Made by a program: the position numbers and the translations under genes
Shown: one piece after another, positions 62,046 to 64,000 of the stretch
How positions within the stretch are numbered: position 1 is the stretch's first letter
Layout of the letters: each line of letters starts with the position of its first letter
From: Neoechinorhynchus agilis
Taxonomy: Eukaryota; Animalia; Acanthocephala
DNA: 64,000 nt
Direction: 5' to 3'
Assembly (NCBI GenBank): GCA_051530055.1
Contig: CM121342.1
Coordinates: 12,787,480 to 12,851,479 of the forward strand
Notes under the pieces: generated by a model
What the model saw: the letters and a program-made list of their open reading frames with translations, nothing else
Told to the model about the DNA's origin: nothing
Database searches by the model: none

Positions 62046-64000
62046 GTGCCGATTTCAGATCCGACAGCTCCGCCATCTTCAGCGGATCAAGAAGGTACGT
62101 CCTTTCCCCCGACAAAAGAAGAAATAAGCAATCCATCTAAAGCGGCGATGGAGAAATCTGTGTTGATTAATAATCTCAAAAGACAAGTAAAGCACGTGGT
62201 TGAATCGAGTGCTTCGAACCGTCAGTTGTCCGGTGATGGCTATTCTGTAAAAGTTTTAACACGTAAGGTTTTATTTGTTATATCTATAATATTAAAAGGG
62301 ATTTCGGTACTATAGTGGCAATCGAGAACTGCCTTCAGCATGAACTTCAAAAAGGCAATAGGCTAAAAAGTGCGGCTAGGTGGTTACTTGAACACGAGGC
62401 TTCCAGTATGGATATTCTTTTGCTGAAGGTATCAAACACGAGTAGTAGTAGTAGTAGTGAGTATATGAAGAATCTGGTAAAAAGGAGCAGCCGTTTATGG
62501 GAGGGAACTTCAACTGAACTGCTGACGTAAGAATTATTTTAAAGCGAAGGAGAGGCACGCGACGATTCCGAAGGTTAGCCGACTATGATATAGTCTCACA
62601 AATACTCTCTTGTCTTTTAAAGCACATCGTGTTCAGAAGCGCCGAAATCTAGCGGTCATAGAGATGAGCAAGATTTCAGTTGGGTTAGAATGGCGCTTAC
62701 TACCAATAATCTTTACCACATCGTCCAAGAAATCGTTGAACGCGCATCGTGAGTTTATCCAAAAATACCTCTGTCCATATCGCCAAATTATCGGATGCTA
62801 CTGCACTCTACGTAAAATCGGCAATGAATTTTAATAATATTTGAATGTTTACGAGAAACCTAGAAATCGATTGATCAGCATGTGGGGACCAATTTATAAA
62901 TGAATCATTTTCAATCGGTTAAGAAAATAATTTTGAAAACACCAAAGATTACTTTTTGATTTACATCGATTAAGTTAAACTAGCAATCTAAAAACTCGTA
63001 ATCCTGTCTAAAAACACTTGCAGGTCTTCTCTTGCGTCTTTACATAATCTACTTGCTGTCGTTATTTTTTCGTCTGGAAAAGCATTGCAATTTAGTAAAA
63101 AAAAGGGCCTCGAGGGATTCGCTTATAGTAGCGAATTTCCAACACCATACACGCCTTTAAAGTGCAACGCATATACATTGTGATTTCCCTTGAGCGCAGC
63201 GGTTGTTAAATTTTAAAAATGAGCTCTGTACATTTAGCGAATTCTACCATCAAAATGCACTATTGAGAGATCCCGTCTACAGCGAAATATTCCTTTCATT
63301 GATTGGTAAGGATGTGATGATTTGAATTAAATAAACTATACGAGGAATTAAGCCGGTCCGTGCATGCTGAACTACAGCAATGCGTTGTTTACTTTCGCTA
63401 CTTCGAACGAACCGGACGCGAGGGAGTTGATAACTCGTCAATCATTGAGCCTAAAGTGTCGGCAGAATGACAGCGAAGAGGATGAAGCAAGTGTTGATTT
63501 CGATAGTGGAAAATGGTGCAAACGACTAACCAAACGACAATTTTCTTTGAAAACCGCGGTTCAGTCTCTGTACCACACGAGTTCAGATCGAATGATTTAC
63601 GCAAAAAATAACATTAAGATAGAGGTATGGTAATTTATAAAAATTCATCTAATTTTTGTTGACAGGATCGGCGTTCAGTGGTACAAGCCGGACATCTGTC
63701 TGTAATACGAAATCTTAAACCTTCTAAATCGCCGGTCATACAGTGGATCCCCAACATAGTGATGTTAGCATGGGTTCTATTGTCCATGACGGTCTAGACA
63801 GGATGATAGGCTCCAGAATAACGGGACATGCATCTTTGTCTTCAATGTCTAACAAGAAAATCAGCGCCGATGGATTCCTAGCGATTGATGTTGTTCGTCT
63901 ATCGCATGTCTATCATCGACAAAGATTTATGGACTCTCTTGTAGTTTTAGTTGAACGATCGGGATCACAACTACCCAATATCCTCTTCAATGATTCCAAA
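62046..64000 (+). CDS. SGSM/RUTBC-like RUN-domain protein, multi-exon; 5' end uncertain, runs off the window
   Basis: NLKRQVKHVVE..LAIENCLQH; WVRMAL; IYAKNNI; QWIPN; LVVLVERSG. Confidence 0.7.

Noticed and set aside
62640-62682. 10/12 inverted repeat in the SGSM-like gene as a sixth non-canonical insert
   Set aside because: The exon reads continuously in frame into WVRMAL; shows that short inverted repeats alone are not evidence

Overview
Eukaryotic, almost certainly animal, genomic DNA. The genome is compact, with mostly 40-60 nt GT-AG introns, and is rich in transposon debris. The species cannot be named from sequence alone. Recognisable housekeeping genes are RPL34, OSBP, an SRSF10/12-like SR protein, a SENP6/7-like protease, PSMD14/RPN11, RPA3, DPM1, NDUFA1, DNAJC8, an eIF3j-like gene, RPL29, ATP5PO/OSCP, NECAP, an SGSM-like RUN protein and tRNA-Asn. 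They are mixed with lineage-specific ORFs and fragments of Penelope-like, RTE, CRE, L2/Crack-like, Gypsy and pogo/Tigger elements. Main observation: five conserved genes (OSBP, SENP, RPN11, OSCP, NECAP) are each interrupted by a 51-207 nt insert flanked by a TA-containing direct repeat and folding into an imperfect hairpin. Removing the insert plus one TA restores the conserved protein, and no GT-AG boundary pair I could find does so. This points to non-canonical, transposon-derived introns or IES-like DNA excision. Second: 39885-54030 is an inverted copy of two distant source blocks (5130-7455 and 18289-25725) joined through a 25725/5130 junction, the order expected from a circular intermediate or a tandem-duplication junction. 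Also seen: hammerhead and twister ribozyme motifs in retroelement ends, operon-like gene packing with splice acceptors abutting start codons, a QSOX-like protein lacking its CxxC, and a Gly/Met-rich repeat protein. All alignments and translations outside the supplied ORF track were done by eye, so element boundaries are approximate.
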